Shown here: piece after piece, positions 54,061 through 64,000 of the stretch
How positions within the stretch are numbered: the first letter of the stretch is position 1
How the letters are laid out: every line of letters starts with the position of its first letter
From: Escherichia coli
GTDB lineage: Bacteria; Pseudomonadota; Gammaproteobacteria; Enterobacterales; Enterobacteriaceae
Reading direction: 5' to 3' (one strand)
NCBI RefSeq assembly: GCF_050320075.1
Contig: NZ_CP190018.1
DNA: 64,000 nt
The notes under the pieces: model-generated
Seen by the model: the letters and a program-made list of their open reading frames with translations, nothing else
Database searches by the model: none
Told to the model about the DNA's origin: nothing
Program-made: the position numbers and the translations under genes

Positions 54061-55776
54061 TTACTTCAGCGGCGAACGGTTACGATCAATGCCGTAGCGT
54101 TCGATCTCTTTATACGGCACGATTTTTGACTGGCGCTTGCGCACATCAACCAGCGTCACACGGTCGGTACAGGAGTAGCAGGGATCAAGGCTACCGATAA
54201 TTAGCGGTGCGTCAGAAACGGTATTGCCGCGCAGCATGTAACGCAGCACTGGCCAGTTGGCGTAGGTGGCGGCACGACAGCGCCAGCGGAACAATTTTTG
54301 GTTATCACCGAGCATGCTCCAGTGCACGTCTTCACCACGTGGCGCTTCAACAAAGCCCAGCGCGAATGCGTGAGGTTTATAGCTAAAGCCTTCGGTCAGC
54401 AGTGGGGTATCTGGCATGTTGTCGAGGGCAAATTCCAGCATTGCCAGCGAATCAAACGTCTCTTTGACACGGACCATCACGCGGGAGAAGACATCGCCGC
54501 CGGTAAAGGTAAACAGCGTTTTTGGAATATTGCCGTAGTCGGCGTAGGGGTGATCAAAGCGCAAATCACGGGCAAAACCACTGCCGCGGATCAGCGGCCC
54601 GACAGGGCTATAATCACGGGCGATTTGTCGGTCGAGAATGCCAATGCCCTGAGTGCGTTGTTCCATATTCGGCGTGGCAAGCAGCATCTCTACCAGCTCC
54701 GACACGTCGGCGCGCATCTCGCGCACTAGTTTCAGCGTTTGCAGACGTTGCTCTTTGAGAATATCGCGGCGAACACCACCAATCAGATTCAGACCGTAGG
54801 TTTTACGCGACCCGGTCAGCAATTCCGCCATCGTCATCGACTTTTCCCGCACGCGGAAAAATTGCATAAAGCCGGTATCAAAACCAACAAAATGACAGGA
54901 GAGGCCAAGGTTGAGCAAATGACTGTGCAGCCGTTCGACTTCCAGCAGAATCGAGCGAATAGTATGCGCTCGTTGCGGCACCTCAATCCCCAGTGCATTT
55001 TCAACCGAGTTGGTATAGGCCACACTGTGGGCAAAACCACAAATCCCACACACGCGGTCGGATAAGAAGGTCACTTCGTTGTAGCCCATCCGCGTTTCTG
55101 CCAGTTTCTCCATGCCGCGATGGACATAAAACAGGCGGTAATCAGCATCGACAATTTGCTCGCCATCCACAAACAAGCGGAAGTGACCTGGTTCATCGGA
55201 GGTGATATGCAGCGGGCCGACAGGGATCACCCGCGCATCGCTGTTGCCCTCGTTGATAAACGGATACGTTTCGGTATCAGTCGTCGGTTCTGGGCGCAGT
55301 CGATAATCCATCGCGTCTTTGCGCAGCGGATGCATATCTTCCGGCCAGTCATCGGGCAACACCAGCCGACGCTGATCCGGCAGGCCAACCGGAATCAGCC
55401 CGTACATATCGCGAATTTCTCGCTCGCCCCAGACCGCGGCAGGGACGCGCGGTGTGACTGACGGAAACTCCCGACTGTCGGCATCGACCAGTGCCTTCAC
55501 CACGATCCAGCATTTTTCGGCCCCTTCCATAGAAAGGGCGTAATAAACCGCGTAATGACCGTTAAGTGTCCGCTCGTCGTTGCCAAACAGGACCGGAAGC
55601 CAGCCATCATGTTGATAATAAAGATAATGTACAACGTCAGGCAGCAGATTGATTTTCACCGTAATGGTGACCTGTTCAGGCGTTTGTCGCTCTTCATCCA
55701 GCACCGCGCCGGGGAACTGCGTTTTCAGGGCGGCGAGAATCGCTTCGCCACGATTTGACGATGAATTAACGTTCAC
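54061..55776 (-). CDS. hyfG: Hydrogenase-4 large subunit HyfG (start set to GTG with GGAGAA RBS)
   Basis: NiFe large-subunit-like; N-terminal CGICGFAH motif and C-terminal DPCYSCTDR motif. Confidence 0.85.
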   Translation of the reverse strand: MNVNSSSNRGEAILAALKTQFPGAVLDEERQTPEQVTITVKINLLPDVVHYLYYQHDGWLPVLFGNDERTLNGHYAVYYALSMEGAEKCWIVVKALVDADSREFPSVTPRVPAAVWGEREIRDMYGLIPVGLPDQRRLVLPDDWPEDMHPLRKDAMDYRLRPEPTTDTETYPFINEGNSDARVIPVGPLHITSDEPGHFRLFVDGEQIVDADYRLFYVHRGMEKLAETRMGYNEVTFLSDRVCGICGFAHSVAYTNSVENALGIEVPQRAHTIRSILLEVERLHSHLLNLGLSCHFVGFDTGFMQFFRVREKSMTMAELLTGSRKTYGLNLIGGVRRDILKEQRLQTLKLVREMRADVSELVEMLLATPNMEQRTQGIGILDRQIARDYSPVGPLIRGSGFARDLRFDHPYADYGNIPKTLFTFTGGDVFSRVMVRVKETFDSLAMLEFALDNMPDTPLLTEGFSYKPHAFALGFVEAPRGEDVHWSMLGDNQKLFRWRCRAATYANWPVLRYMLRGNTVSDAPLIIGSLDPCYSCTDRVTLVDVRKRQSKIVPYKEIERYGIDRNRSPLK

Positions 55777-57346
55777 TGTGTTTCTCCGAAACAGATGCGG
55801 TGCCTGAAGGCAAAAAATCATGCCAGGTGCTACGTTGTGCAGGCAGGTCGTGCGTCCCTGAGAGGACTATAGTGGAAGCGCCCGCCAGGATCCTGATGAC
55901 AGGTTGTGGAATATGCGTTCCCATCGCCAGCATCATGACCAGCAGAATCACCATTGGCGAGGTGGTCAACCAGCCAAGTTCACCCCGGTTAACGGCCTGC
56001 GGCGGTTTCGCCATTAATACCCGTGCAGCCATCCGTACCAGGCCCGCCAGCACCAGCGTTAACAGCAATAACAGCAGGACGATAAGCAGCAGATGATTAC
56101 GCGCCAGTCCGGCGGTAACGGTCATAAATTCGCTAAGAAAAATGTTGAAGGGCGGCATCCCGGCCAGCGCCAGCGCACCGCCGCCAAACAACACGGCGGT
56201 AAATGGCATGATTTTGAGCATCCCACAGACGACGTTGAGATCGCGCGTGCCGTACTTGAGCAGTACATTGCCGGAACCGCAGAACAACAGCGTTTTGGCC
56301 AGACTGTGGTTTAAGGTGTGCAGCAGCGCGGCAAAAATTCCCAGCGGCCCGCCAATGCCTAACGCCGCCGCGACCAGTCCCATGTTCTCCACGCTGGAGT
56401 ACGCCAGCAGACGCTTAATGTCCCGCTGTACCAGAATGAAAAATGCCGCCACGGCAACCGACAACATGCCGAAGATGAGCAACAACCGGTTGGGGAAATC
56501 GCTGCCGATGGCCTGGCAAATAATGATGTAATAGCGAATAAGCACCAACAGCGCGCAGTTCAGCAATACGGCGGAGAGCAGGGCGCTGACCGGACTCGGC
56601 GCTTCACTGTGAGCATCTGGCAGCCAGGCGTGCATGGGGAATAGCCCGGTTTTGGTGCCAAAGCCAATTAGCACAAACACAAAGGCCAACAGCATTAATG
56701 TTGGGTCAAGCAAGGACGATTGCTTAAGAACCTCGCTCCAGAATATCGCCATTTCTGCCTGCGGCATAACGCTGGCGGCGTTGGCGTATACCAGCACGGT
56801 ACCGAACAGACCAAAAGCGACACCAACAGTACAAATAATGATGTACTTCCATGCAGCTTCCAGCGATGAACGCTGACCGTAAATGCCTACCAGAAACGCC
56901 GAGCTTAAGGTGGTGGCTTCAATTGCCGCCCACATCACAATCAGGTTATTGCTGGTAACAACCAGCAGCATGGTGAACAAAAACAGATGGAAGAAACCGT
57001 AGTAATCGCACAGCGTAACGGGTGAAAGCTCGCCGTGTGCCACTTCATGACGCATGTAGCCAATCGAGTAAACACCGGTGAGAAAGCCAATCACACCAAG
57101 AATGGCGAGGAACAAACCGCCCAGACCATCAATGTGAAGCCACAGTCCCGCAGCGAATATTTCTCCCGCATCAGCGGCAGTTTGGACCACCCACAGTGCC
57201 AGAATCAGCAGCAGTGTGATCCCTAAGCCATGTAGTACTGTCACCGTGCGAGTCGCAGAGTGCCCCCGTTTCCGGCAGGCAAAACAGAGCAGCGAAAAAA
57301 GCAGCGGCGTGAGCAGGAGTAAAGCGAACATCACAGAATAACTCAT
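55766..57346 (-). CDS. hyfF: Hydrogenase-4 membrane subunit HyfF
   Basis: 526 aa multi-TM antiporter-like subunit. Confidence 0.85.
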   Translation of the reverse strand: MSYSVMFALLLLTPLLFSLLCFACRKRGHSATRTVTVLHGLGITLLLILALWVVQTAADAGEIFAAGLWLHIDGLGGLFLAILGVIGFLTGVYSIGYMRHEVAHGELSPVTLCDYYGFFHLFLFTMLLVVTSNNLIVMWAAIEATTLSSAFLVGIYGQRSSLEAAWKYIIICTVGVAFGLFGTVLVYANAASVMPQAEMAIFWSEVLKQSSLLDPTLMLLAFVFVLIGFGTKTGLFPMHAWLPDAHSEAPSPVSALLSAVLLNCALLVLIRYYIIICQAIGSDFPNRLLLIFGMLSVAVAAFFILVQRDIKRLLAYSSVENMGLVAAALGIGGPLGIFAALLHTLNHSLAKTLLFCGSGNVLLKYGTRDLNVVCGMLKIMPFTAVLFGGGALALAGMPPFNIFLSEFMTVTAGLARNHLLLIVLLLLLLTLVLAGLVRMAARVLMAKPPQAVNRGELGWLTTSPMVILLVMMLAMGTHIPQPVIRILAGASTIVLSGTHDLPAQRSTWHDFLPSGTASVSEKHSER

Positions 57347-57350
57347 CTCA

Positions 57351-58001
57351 TTATCCCTTCAGCGCGGTCAAGTTATTCACGTCCAGCGTGCCGTGGGTAC
57401 GCCATATTTTTCTTGCCAGTAACACCATCACAATGACGGCGAAGATGGCGTCGGTAGCGATACCTATTTCCACCAGTTCCGGTGCTCGCCAGGCAAGAAG
57501 CGCCAGCACCAGATGGGAGCCGTTTTCCATCAGGCAGTAACCAAAAATTTGCCGCAGGATATTGCGCTGGCTGACAATGCACAGCAGGCCAAGCAGAAAA
57601 TGACCTAACGCCACCGCCAGCGCCGGTTTCAGCCCGGTAGCCATCGGTAGCTTCACGGGCTGAACGACAAATGCGCAAAGCAGGACAATTAACGCCGCGA
57701 GCAGTGTCATCATTGCCGGACCGAATAACGCTTTTTCCGGGATGTTCTGGGGAATATTTCGTGCAGCGTAAGTCATGATTAACGGTACCAGCAGCACTTT
57801 GGTGATAAAGGCGCTGGCGGACCAGATCAGCAGTTGCTCTGCGACGAACAGGCACGAGAGGGTGGCGAAAATAGACACCAGCACCAGCGACTGGCAGGCG
57901 TAAAATCCGCATGACAGGCGATAGCTTTTGACGCTAATCACAAACAGCGATGTCAGCATCATCAGTCCCGCCAGATTATTTACGATCATAGAACCGGTCA
58001 T
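57351..58001 (-). CDS. hyfE: Hydrogenase-4 membrane subunit HyfE
   Basis: 216 aa multi-TM. Confidence 0.8.
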   Translation of the reverse strand: MTGSMIVNNLAGLMMLTSLFVISVKSYRLSCGFYACQSLVLVSIFATLSCLFVAEQLLIWSASAFITKVLLVPLIMTYAARNIPQNIPEKALFGPAMMTLLAALIVLLCAFVVQPVKLPMATGLKPALAVALGHFLLGLLCIVSQRNILRQIFGYCLMENGSHLVLALLAWRAPELVEIGIATDAIFAVIVMVLLARKIWRTHGTLDVNNLTALKG

Positions 58002-58012
58002 TCATCATCTCC

Positions 58013-59452
58013 TTACTGCAACCAGGTCGCGGCGATTACGCTGGAAATCAGCGACATCACAATCAGTACAATCAACACCAGGCGCATTGATCCTGGCAGC
58101 GGTGCGGCATCGGCGACGGCCTCGCTCGGTTTGCCAGGCACGACGCGACCAAACCAGCGAATAAACCAGGCGAAACTGGCGACCGATTCAATCATCAGCA
58201 GAATCATGGCGGGCAGCAGGATCCAGTACTCCACTGACAACGCAAAACCGGCGGCAAACAGCGGGAATTTACTGAAGAAGCCGTTGAACGGCGGTACGCC
58301 GGTAATCGCCAGCGCTGCCACGCAGAAACCCACGCCTGGCAACGGCAGGGTGTGCAATACGCCACGCAGACGCGGCAACAAGCGCGTGCCGCAGCTGTAA
58401 CTCAGCGCACCTGCTACAAGGAAAAATAGGCTTTTAGCGAACGCGTGGTTGACGATGTAGGCGATGCTGCCCTCCAGCGCCAGCCGCGAGCCGAAGATGG
58501 AGAGCGACAAGCCGAAAAACATCCAGCCAAGTTGAGTGATGGTCGACCAGGCCAGCAACCGCTTCATATCCTGCTGTGGCAAATACATCAGGAAGCCATA
58601 AAGAATGGTGACCAGTGCCATAACCATGCCAACGCCGCCAATCACATGCGGGATATTGCCGCCGTCGATAATGGCGCGGGCAAAAATGTAAACGCCCACT
58701 TTCACCATCGATGCGGCGTGGAGATAGGCGCTGATCGGTGTTGGCGCTTCCATTGCATCCGGTAGCCACGCTTGCATCGGTAGCTGGGCCGATTTCCCCC
58801 ACGCGGCAAACAGGATGCCACCATAAACCAGATAGCGTGCGTCGCCGTGTAACTCGCTCATCGCGCTGAGCGCGAACGTTCCGGTCTGCAAAAACAGCGT
58901 GGCGGCGGCAAGATACAACCCCAACGAACCGATATGAGTGATAAGCAACGCTTTTAGTGCTGAACGCTGCGCTTTATCGCTCTGGTAATAACTGATCAAC
59001 GCCCAGGAGCAGCCGCCCGTAATTTCAAAAAACAACAACTGACCGAGCAGCGTCGAGGAGAGTACCAGTCCCGCCATCGCGCCGATAAAAACCAGCAAAA
59101 ATGCGTAATAACGATTCGTGCCGTTATGCGGGTGTTCGCGATTTTTATCCGTCAGATAACCCGTGGAGTAGATCGTGACCAGCAAACCGAGAAACACCAC
59201 CACAAACAGAATCAGCGTACTCACGCGATCAATGACCAGGCCAAACAACGCCACACCCCCCACGTTGACCAACGTCAACGTGACGGCAACTTTATCGGCC
59301 TGATAAAACGCGGAGATCAGTGACAACATGCACAGCGTGGTCAGCGCGGCGAACAAAACCCCCCATTCGGCGGCCCGACGTTGTGGCGAAAACGAAACGA
59401 CCAGTGCGCCGATAAAAGGCAGCAATAACGTCGTCAGAGCAAGATTTTCCAT
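58013..59452 (-). CDS. hyfD: Hydrogenase-4 membrane subunit HyfD
   Basis: 479 aa antiporter-like. Confidence 0.85.
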   Translation of the reverse strand: MENLALTTLLLPFIGALVVSFSPQRRAAEWGVLFAALTTLCMLSLISAFYQADKVAVTLTLVNVGGVALFGLVIDRVSTLILFVVVFLGLLVTIYSTGYLTDKNREHPHNGTNRYYAFLLVFIGAMAGLVLSSTLLGQLLFFEITGGCSWALISYYQSDKAQRSALKALLITHIGSLGLYLAAATLFLQTGTFALSAMSELHGDARYLVYGGILFAAWGKSAQLPMQAWLPDAMEAPTPISAYLHAASMVKVGVYIFARAIIDGGNIPHVIGGVGMVMALVTILYGFLMYLPQQDMKRLLAWSTITQLGWMFFGLSLSIFGSRLALEGSIAYIVNHAFAKSLFFLVAGALSYSCGTRLLPRLRGVLHTLPLPGVGFCVAALAITGVPPFNGFFSKFPLFAAGFALSVEYWILLPAMILLMIESVASFAWFIRWFGRVVPGKPSEAVADAAPLPGSMRLVLIVLIVMSLISSVIAATWLQ

Positions 59453-59468
59453 ATTCCGTCAGTGCTCC

Positions 59469-60416
59469 TTACAGACCGGTTAACCAGAAGACCCATGCAA
59501 GCGCAGCAAGGCTGAAGCCAAGCCAGGTCACATGGTGAATGAGTAAAAATCGCCCGCGTGCCAGCGTGTTTTCTGCGATTGAGGCCAGTACAAAAATCAG
59601 CAAAACCTTGAGCAGCGTAACGACAAGTGAAGTCAGCAGGCAGGCGAGAGAAAGCTCTTGCGCGCGCCCAAAGGGCAGAAACAGGGCCACAAACAGTGAT
59701 GCCATCACGACCTGTTTCAGCCCCAGCCCCAACTTCGCCAGCGCCAGCCCGGCACCGGAATATTCGGTCAGCGGGCCTTCCTGTAATTCCTGTTCTGCTT
59801 CAGCAACATCAAAGGGAATTTTTCCCATCTCAATGAAGCAGGCAAAACCACAGGCCAGTAACGCCAGTACGGTGGTTAGCGGCGAGTTCCAGCCCGTCGC
59901 CAGCGTCTTGCTGATCATCTCGATATGCGTGGAATCCGCTATCAGCGCCAATACCAGCAGTGAGAGAATGAGCATGGGTTCGACCAGAATGCCGAGCGTC
60001 AACTCGCGACTGGCACCGACTCCCGCAAACGGGCTTCCGGTATCCAGCCCGGAAAGAGCAAAGAAAAAATGAAACAGGGCAAGAAGATAGATAAGGGTGA
60101 TCAGATCGCCGCCGCCCGCAAAAGGGGAAACAGTAATAAATAGTGGCAGGGCCATCGCCAGCACCAGCATGCTGCTGATTAATACCCACGGCATCAGGCG
60201 GAACATCAGACCTGAAGATGTCGGCGCAACTTCCTGGCGTTTAAACAGTTTGTGGATATCGCGATAATCCTGCCAGAACCCCGGTCCGCGACGGGAGTGC
60301 ATTCGCGCGCGTATCTGCCGGGAAATCCCCGTAAAAAGCGGGGTTAGCACCAGCAGAGTCACGGCCTGTGCTAACGCAAAAATGACCAGATATCCGTCGC
60401 AAAGAGTTTGTCTCAT
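59469..60416 (-). CDS. hyfC: Hydrogenase-4 membrane subunit HyfC (NuoH-like)
   Basis: Start set at MRQTLCDGYLVIFALAQ; multi-TM. Confidence 0.8.
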   Translation of the reverse strand: MRQTLCDGYLVIFALAQAVTLLVLTPLFTGISRQIRARMHSRRGPGFWQDYRDIHKLFKRQEVAPTSSGLMFRLMPWVLISSMLVLAMALPLFITVSPFAGGGDLITLIYLLALFHFFFALSGLDTGSPFAGVGASRELTLGILVEPMLILSLLVLALIADSTHIEMISKTLATGWNSPLTTVLALLACGFACFIEMGKIPFDVAEAEQELQEGPLTEYSGAGLALAKLGLGLKQVVMASLFVALFLPFGRAQELSLACLLTSLVVTLLKVLLIFVLASIAENTLARGRFLLIHHVTWLGFSLAALAWVFWLTGL

Positions 60417-60426
60417 GGTGATTTCC

Positions 60427-62445
60427 TTAGACGGCAATAGCGATTAGCAGCACAACCAGTGCGGCGACCACATACAGGCAATAGAGACGAAAGTCGCCAC
60501 TTTGCAGATGCTGTATTTCTTTGGCCAGCCGTTGGGTGGCGCTCACGATGGGGCGGATCACCCGCTCATCCCAGAAGGGTTCTGTGCTCTGAGCCCTGGC
60601 GGTGACGTGCGCAAGACCTTTGTTCAGCCTCAGCGTAGGGTCGAGCTGTTGTCGTAGACGAAATAGCGCACAAAAGACCACACGCAGCGGCTGCATCACG
60701 CCATTGCCTGACGGGGCCATCGCATGTTCCCAGCCGTAGCCGCATGCCCAGGCATCTCCAGTGCGACGAAACGCTGCGCGGCGCGAACGACACCACAGCC
60801 AGTAAAGGCCAGGCAGCAAAGGCATCGCCAGTAGTAACAGCAACAGTAATGAGGGAGTGACCCGTGTATGAAACGTGCCGGGTACAAGTGCTATTCCGCT
60901 GGTGACAGTGACGGGAGGGGTATTGGTAAACGCATGGGCAATGTGCATTATCTTCGGTGCCAGCCAACTGGCACTAAGCGCAATGAATACGCAGAGTGCC
61001 GCGAGCAGTAGCATGGCGACGATCATCGTATTTGGCACTTCCTGTGCCTCTTCAGCGTGTGTACTGCGCGGCGCGCCACAGAAAGTAATACCGTACATTT
61101 TGACGAAGCACATTACTGCCAGCCCACCAGTGACTGCCAGCATCACCATAGCAATAGGACCCGCAAGTTGTAGCGCTACGGCTTCCACACGACTTAGTGA
61201 GAACAGCGACTGCCAGGTGTACCATTCGCTGATAAAACCATTCAGCGGAGGAATGGCTGATATCGCGAGGCAACCAATCAGGCATGCTGCGGCTGTCCAC
61301 GGCATCCGTTTCGCCAGTGCCCCCATTTTTTCCATGTCGTGGGTATGCAAACGCGAAATAATCGCACCCGCGCCGAGAAACAGCAGCCCTTTGAACAGCG
61401 CATGGTTGAGCAGATGAAACAGCGCGCCGAGCAGTCCAACAACGGTGAGCAGCGGGTCGTGCAGTGACAGACCGACCATCGCCACACCGACCGCCAGCAA
61501 AATAATGCCGACGTTTTCGACGGTGCTCCAGGCCAGCAGCCGTTTGATATCCTGTTCCGCCAGCGCATACAGCACGCCCAGGAGCGCGGAGATTGCGCCG
61601 ATCGCCATCACCAGAATGCCCCACCACAGCGGCAAACCCGTTTGCGCCAGCAGATCAATCGCTACTTTCAGGATGCCGAAAATACCGATTTTGACCATTA
61701 CGCCAGACATCAACGCCGAAGCGTGCGATGGTGCGGCAGGGTGAGCGCGTGGCAACCAGCTGTGCAACGGCATCATCCCGGCTTTCGCGCCAAAACCGAA
61801 AAAGGCCAGCAGGAACACCGCCGACGCCAGCCCCGGAGAAAGTGAAAGCGTGCGGAAACTGGCAAAATCGAGGCTGCCGCTTTCGCGCCCCATCAGCAAG
61901 AAGGCGATCATAATCAGCACCGATCCGGCGTGGGCGATAAAAAAGTAGAGCATGCCAGCGTTGATCGACGTTTTATCCTGCCTGGCAATGACCAGAAACC
62001 AGGAAGACAGCGACATCATTTCAAACAGCACGATGAACCAAAAAGCGTTGTCCATCACCAGCAGGGCAACCATCGATGCGATGAAAAGATTCATAAAGAA
62101 GCCCATCGCCGCCGCGCCTTTACCCTCGTATTCGCGCATATAAGTCAATGAATAGAGCGAACAAACCACCACCAGCAAGGAGATAACCATCACCATAAAT
62201 GCCGAGAGGCTATCCATTCGCAGTGTTAAATCGGCAAAGTCAAAAGGCGTGGCAAAACGGGCGACTAAAGTTACGCCTGCATGTAATTGCGTAATTCCGC
62301 TGATGATGCCAATCACGCCACCCACCAGCGATGTGATGCCGGAAAGCTTAATAGCCAGTCTGTCCAGACCGAGTAAAAACAGCGAAGCCAGACTGGCAAA
62401 CAGATAGAGGATCAGTGACCAGGTTAATAATTGCAGGGCATCCAT
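60427..62445 (-). CDS. hyfB: Hydrogenase-4 membrane subunit HyfB
   Basis: 672 aa antiporter-like. Confidence 0.85.
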   Translation of the reverse strand: MDALQLLTWSLILYLFASLASLFLLGLDRLAIKLSGITSLVGGVIGIISGITQLHAGVTLVARFATPFDFADLTLRMDSLSAFMVMVISLLVVVCSLYSLTYMREYEGKGAAAMGFFMNLFIASMVALLVMDNAFWFIVLFEMMSLSSWFLVIARQDKTSINAGMLYFFIAHAGSVLIMIAFLLMGRESGSLDFASFRTLSLSPGLASAVFLLAFFGFGAKAGMMPLHSWLPRAHPAAPSHASALMSGVMVKIGIFGILKVAIDLLAQTGLPLWWGILVMAIGAISALLGVLYALAEQDIKRLLAWSTVENVGIILLAVGVAMVGLSLHDPLLTVVGLLGALFHLLNHALFKGLLFLGAGAIISRLHTHDMEKMGALAKRMPWTAAACLIGCLAISAIPPLNGFISEWYTWQSLFSLSRVEAVALQLAGPIAMVMLAVTGGLAVMCFVKMYGITFCGAPRSTHAEEAQEVPNTMIVAMLLLAALCVFIALSASWLAPKIMHIAHAFTNTPPVTVTSGIALVPGTFHTRVTPSLLLLLLLAMPLLPGLYWLWCRSRRAAFRRTGDAWACGYGWEHAMAPSGNGVMQPLRVVFCALFRLRQQLDPTLRLNKGLAHVTARAQSTEPFWDERVIRPIVSATQRLAKEIQHLQSGDFRLYCLYVVAALVVLLIAIAV

Positions 62446-63062
62446 TAGCGTTGCTCCTGAGTGAGGGAAAGGGGATCCTCCCCGCCATTGGCAAACCAGC
62501 TTGCGGCAAGGCGCTGTTTTTCTTTCATCTGACGTTGCAGGCTATCGTCGGTGATCAGCCGTAACGCCTGATTCGGGCAAGCGCGAACGCAGGCCGGACC
62601 TTCTGGCAAGAAATCACACAGGTCGCATTTCACCGCGACGGTCTGGACACCCGGTTCCCAGCGCAGCAAAGCATGTTGGGTCGGCGCGTTTTCTTCGCCG
62701 TCTTTGAGTGAGCCGTCAGCCTGAAAAACATATTGCGCAGGGGCATTCACCGGACGGCTTCCTGAAGCGCTGATTGCGCCAAATGGGCAGACCACGGCGC
62801 AAAGCTTGCAGCCAATACAGAGGCTTTCGTTGAGTTGGATCGCATCGTCCCTCTGGGAGATGGCATTGACCGGGCAGACCTGCAGGCAAGGGGCTTCCTC
62901 ACAGTGATGACACACGACAGGGGCAGTGAGTGTTGACGTCTTCGCCAGGGCCAGGCGCGGGTGTTGCTGTAAACCTTGCGTTTTATGCACGTCCGAACAG
63001 GCAGCGAGACAGGTATTACATCCTGTACACCACAGTGGTTCGGCCACCACAAAGCGGTTCAT
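62445..63062 (-). CDS. hyfA: Hydrogenase-4 4Fe-4S ferredoxin subunit HyfA (start at MNRFVVAEPLWCTGCNTC)
   Basis: Multiple CxxCxxC ferredoxin motifs; first gene of the operon. Confidence 0.8.
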   Translation of the reverse strand: MNRFVVAEPLWCTGCNTCLAACSDVHKTQGLQQHPRLALAKTSTLTAPVVCHHCEEAPCLQVCPVNAISQRDDAIQLNESLCIGCKLCAVVCPFGAISASGSRPVNAPAQYVFQADGSLKDGEENAPTQHALLRWEPGVQTVAVKCDLCDFLPEGPACVRACPNQALRLITDDSLQRQMKEKQRLAASWFANGGEDPLSLTQEQR

Positions 63063-63103
63063 GTCGGCTCCTTGAAAATGATATGAAACATTGCATTTCA
63101 TAT

Positions 63104-63119
63104 TGCATAAAGGATGCCA
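63104..63119 (-). promoter_or_regulatory. Sigma54 (-24/-12) promoter of the hyf operon
   Basis: Minus-strand sequence TGGCATCCTTTATGCA matches TGGCAC-N5-TTGCA; about 40 bp upstream of hyfA. Confidence 0.6.
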
Positions 63120-63314
63120 GTCTGATTAATTTAATGTATTCAATAAGTTATGAATTAACTGTATTCTGAACGGTACAAAAATGATGGTCATTAACGTTCA
63201 GCAAAAAATGAATTCGACACCCGTGTCGCAGGGGAAAGCGAGAATGTGATCTTGATCACGAGAAGTGAGGTGTGCTGACCGCAAGCGCAGCCAGCACGGA
63301 ATGGAGCAAAGTAA

Positions 63315-63785
63315 TCAGGCGTGTTCTTTCAGCCAGTTCAGCACAACGTCGTGGTGATTGCTGGTTTTGAAATCGTCAAAGACATGTTCGATTTTGCCAT
63401 CAGCGTCAATCAGGAAGCTGATGCGATGAATACCATCGTAGGTTTTGCCCATGAAGGACTTTTCACCCCAGACGCCGAATTGTTCGCACACCTGGTGGTC
63501 CTCATCAGACAGGAGCGTAAAGTTAAGCAGCTCTTTTTCCGCAAAACGGGAGAGTTTTTCGGGTTTATCGGTGCTGATACCCAGCACATCAACGCCCGCT
63601 TTTTTCAACTCATCCATGTTATCGCGTAAGCCGCAGGCCTGTACGGTACAGCCGGGGGTCATGGCTTTCGGGTAGAAATAAACCAGAACACGCTGTCCCT
63701 GGAAGTCGGTCAAATTAACTTGTTCTCCGTCTTGATCCGGCAAGCTAAATTTCGGTGCGATATCACCGGCTTTCAGTGGATTCAT
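63315..63785 (-). CDS. bcp: Thiol peroxidase / bacterioferritin comigratory protein (peroxiredoxin)
   Basis: 156 aa; peroxiredoxin motif PGCT; conserved bcp-hyfA context. Confidence 0.9.
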   Translation of the reverse strand: MNPLKAGDIAPKFSLPDQDGEQVNLTDFQGQRVLVYFYPKAMTPGCTVQACGLRDNMDELKKAGVDVLGISTDKPEKLSRFAEKELLNFTLLSDEDHQVCEQFGVWGEKSFMGKTYDGIHRISFLIDADGKIEHVFDDFKTSNHHDVVLNWLKEHA

Positions 63786-64000
63786 TACTTAACTCCATCC
63801 TGTTCATCATGTTGGGAATAATTGACGACGTTAATACTGCCTTGTGCATTGAGTTCTGTACATAGGGCTTTGAACGCTTGCTCAATATTTGCTGCGTCCG
63901 CAGATGCGGGGCTGTGGGCGGTTATCTGAATATGCAACTGCGCAGCCCGTTCATTTTCAGCAGGTTGCGTGCGCGACACCAGCTCCGCAATGTTCATATG
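63785..64000 (-). CDS. gcvR: Glycine cleavage system regulator GcvR, 3' portion only (truncated by window edge)
   Basis: ORF running off the window end, stop overlapping bcp start; K-12 gene order gcvR-bcp-hyfA. Confidence 0.55.
   Translation of the reverse strand, partial: HMNIAELVSRTQPAENERAAQLHIQITAHSPASADAANIEQAFKALCTELNAQGSINVVNYSQHDEQDGVK

Overview
The window holds two things. Positions 1 to ~33,300 are the right-hand part of a temperate prophage, all on the + strand: a Cro-like regulator, a lambda O-like replication initiator with in-gene iterons, a lambda P-like helicase loader, small nin-like genes (DUF1064, Ea22-like, DUF551), terminase small and large subunits, a phage-borne tRNA-Arg(UCU), portal, scaffold-like and capsid genes, four very large ejection/internal-virion proteins, an accessory (moron) block, a tailspike, and a lysis cassette (holin-like proteins, GH19 endolysin, embedded Rz/Rz1). 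The layout resembles epsilon15/SPN1S-type podoviruses as I recall them, but this is unverified. The integrase and immunity end lies left of the window. Positions ~33,350 to 64,000 are ordinary E. coli-type core chromosome: yfgI-yfgH-yfgG, pdeF, ppx-ppk, purN-purM, upp-uraA, hda, yfgD, bepA, perM, focB, hyfRJIHGFEDCBA, bcp and the 3' end of gcvR, reversed relative to K-12, with a PurR box, a sigma54 hyf promoter and a REP element. The most interesting signals are in the prophage: (1) a 15-bp palindrome TTACC-N5-GGTAA present in at least 8 good copies, all intergenic at operon starts, including a tripartite cluster upstream of the Cro-like gene; (2) a perfect 12-bp palindrome GTGACATGTCAC found three times, each between a gene stop and a terminator hairpin; (3) an accessory region between the ejection-protein genes and the tailspike with an AT-rich secreted protein plus membrane protein pair, a terminator-insulated small secreted-peptide gene, and a minus-strand operon encoding a membrane protein, a small protein, a Bro-N antirepressor-like protein and a stand-alone paralogue of its C-terminal domain. 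No function is assigned to any of these; they are candidates for phage regulation, superinfection exclusion or defence. All calls rest on reading the sequence and recalled protein families; no database search was run.
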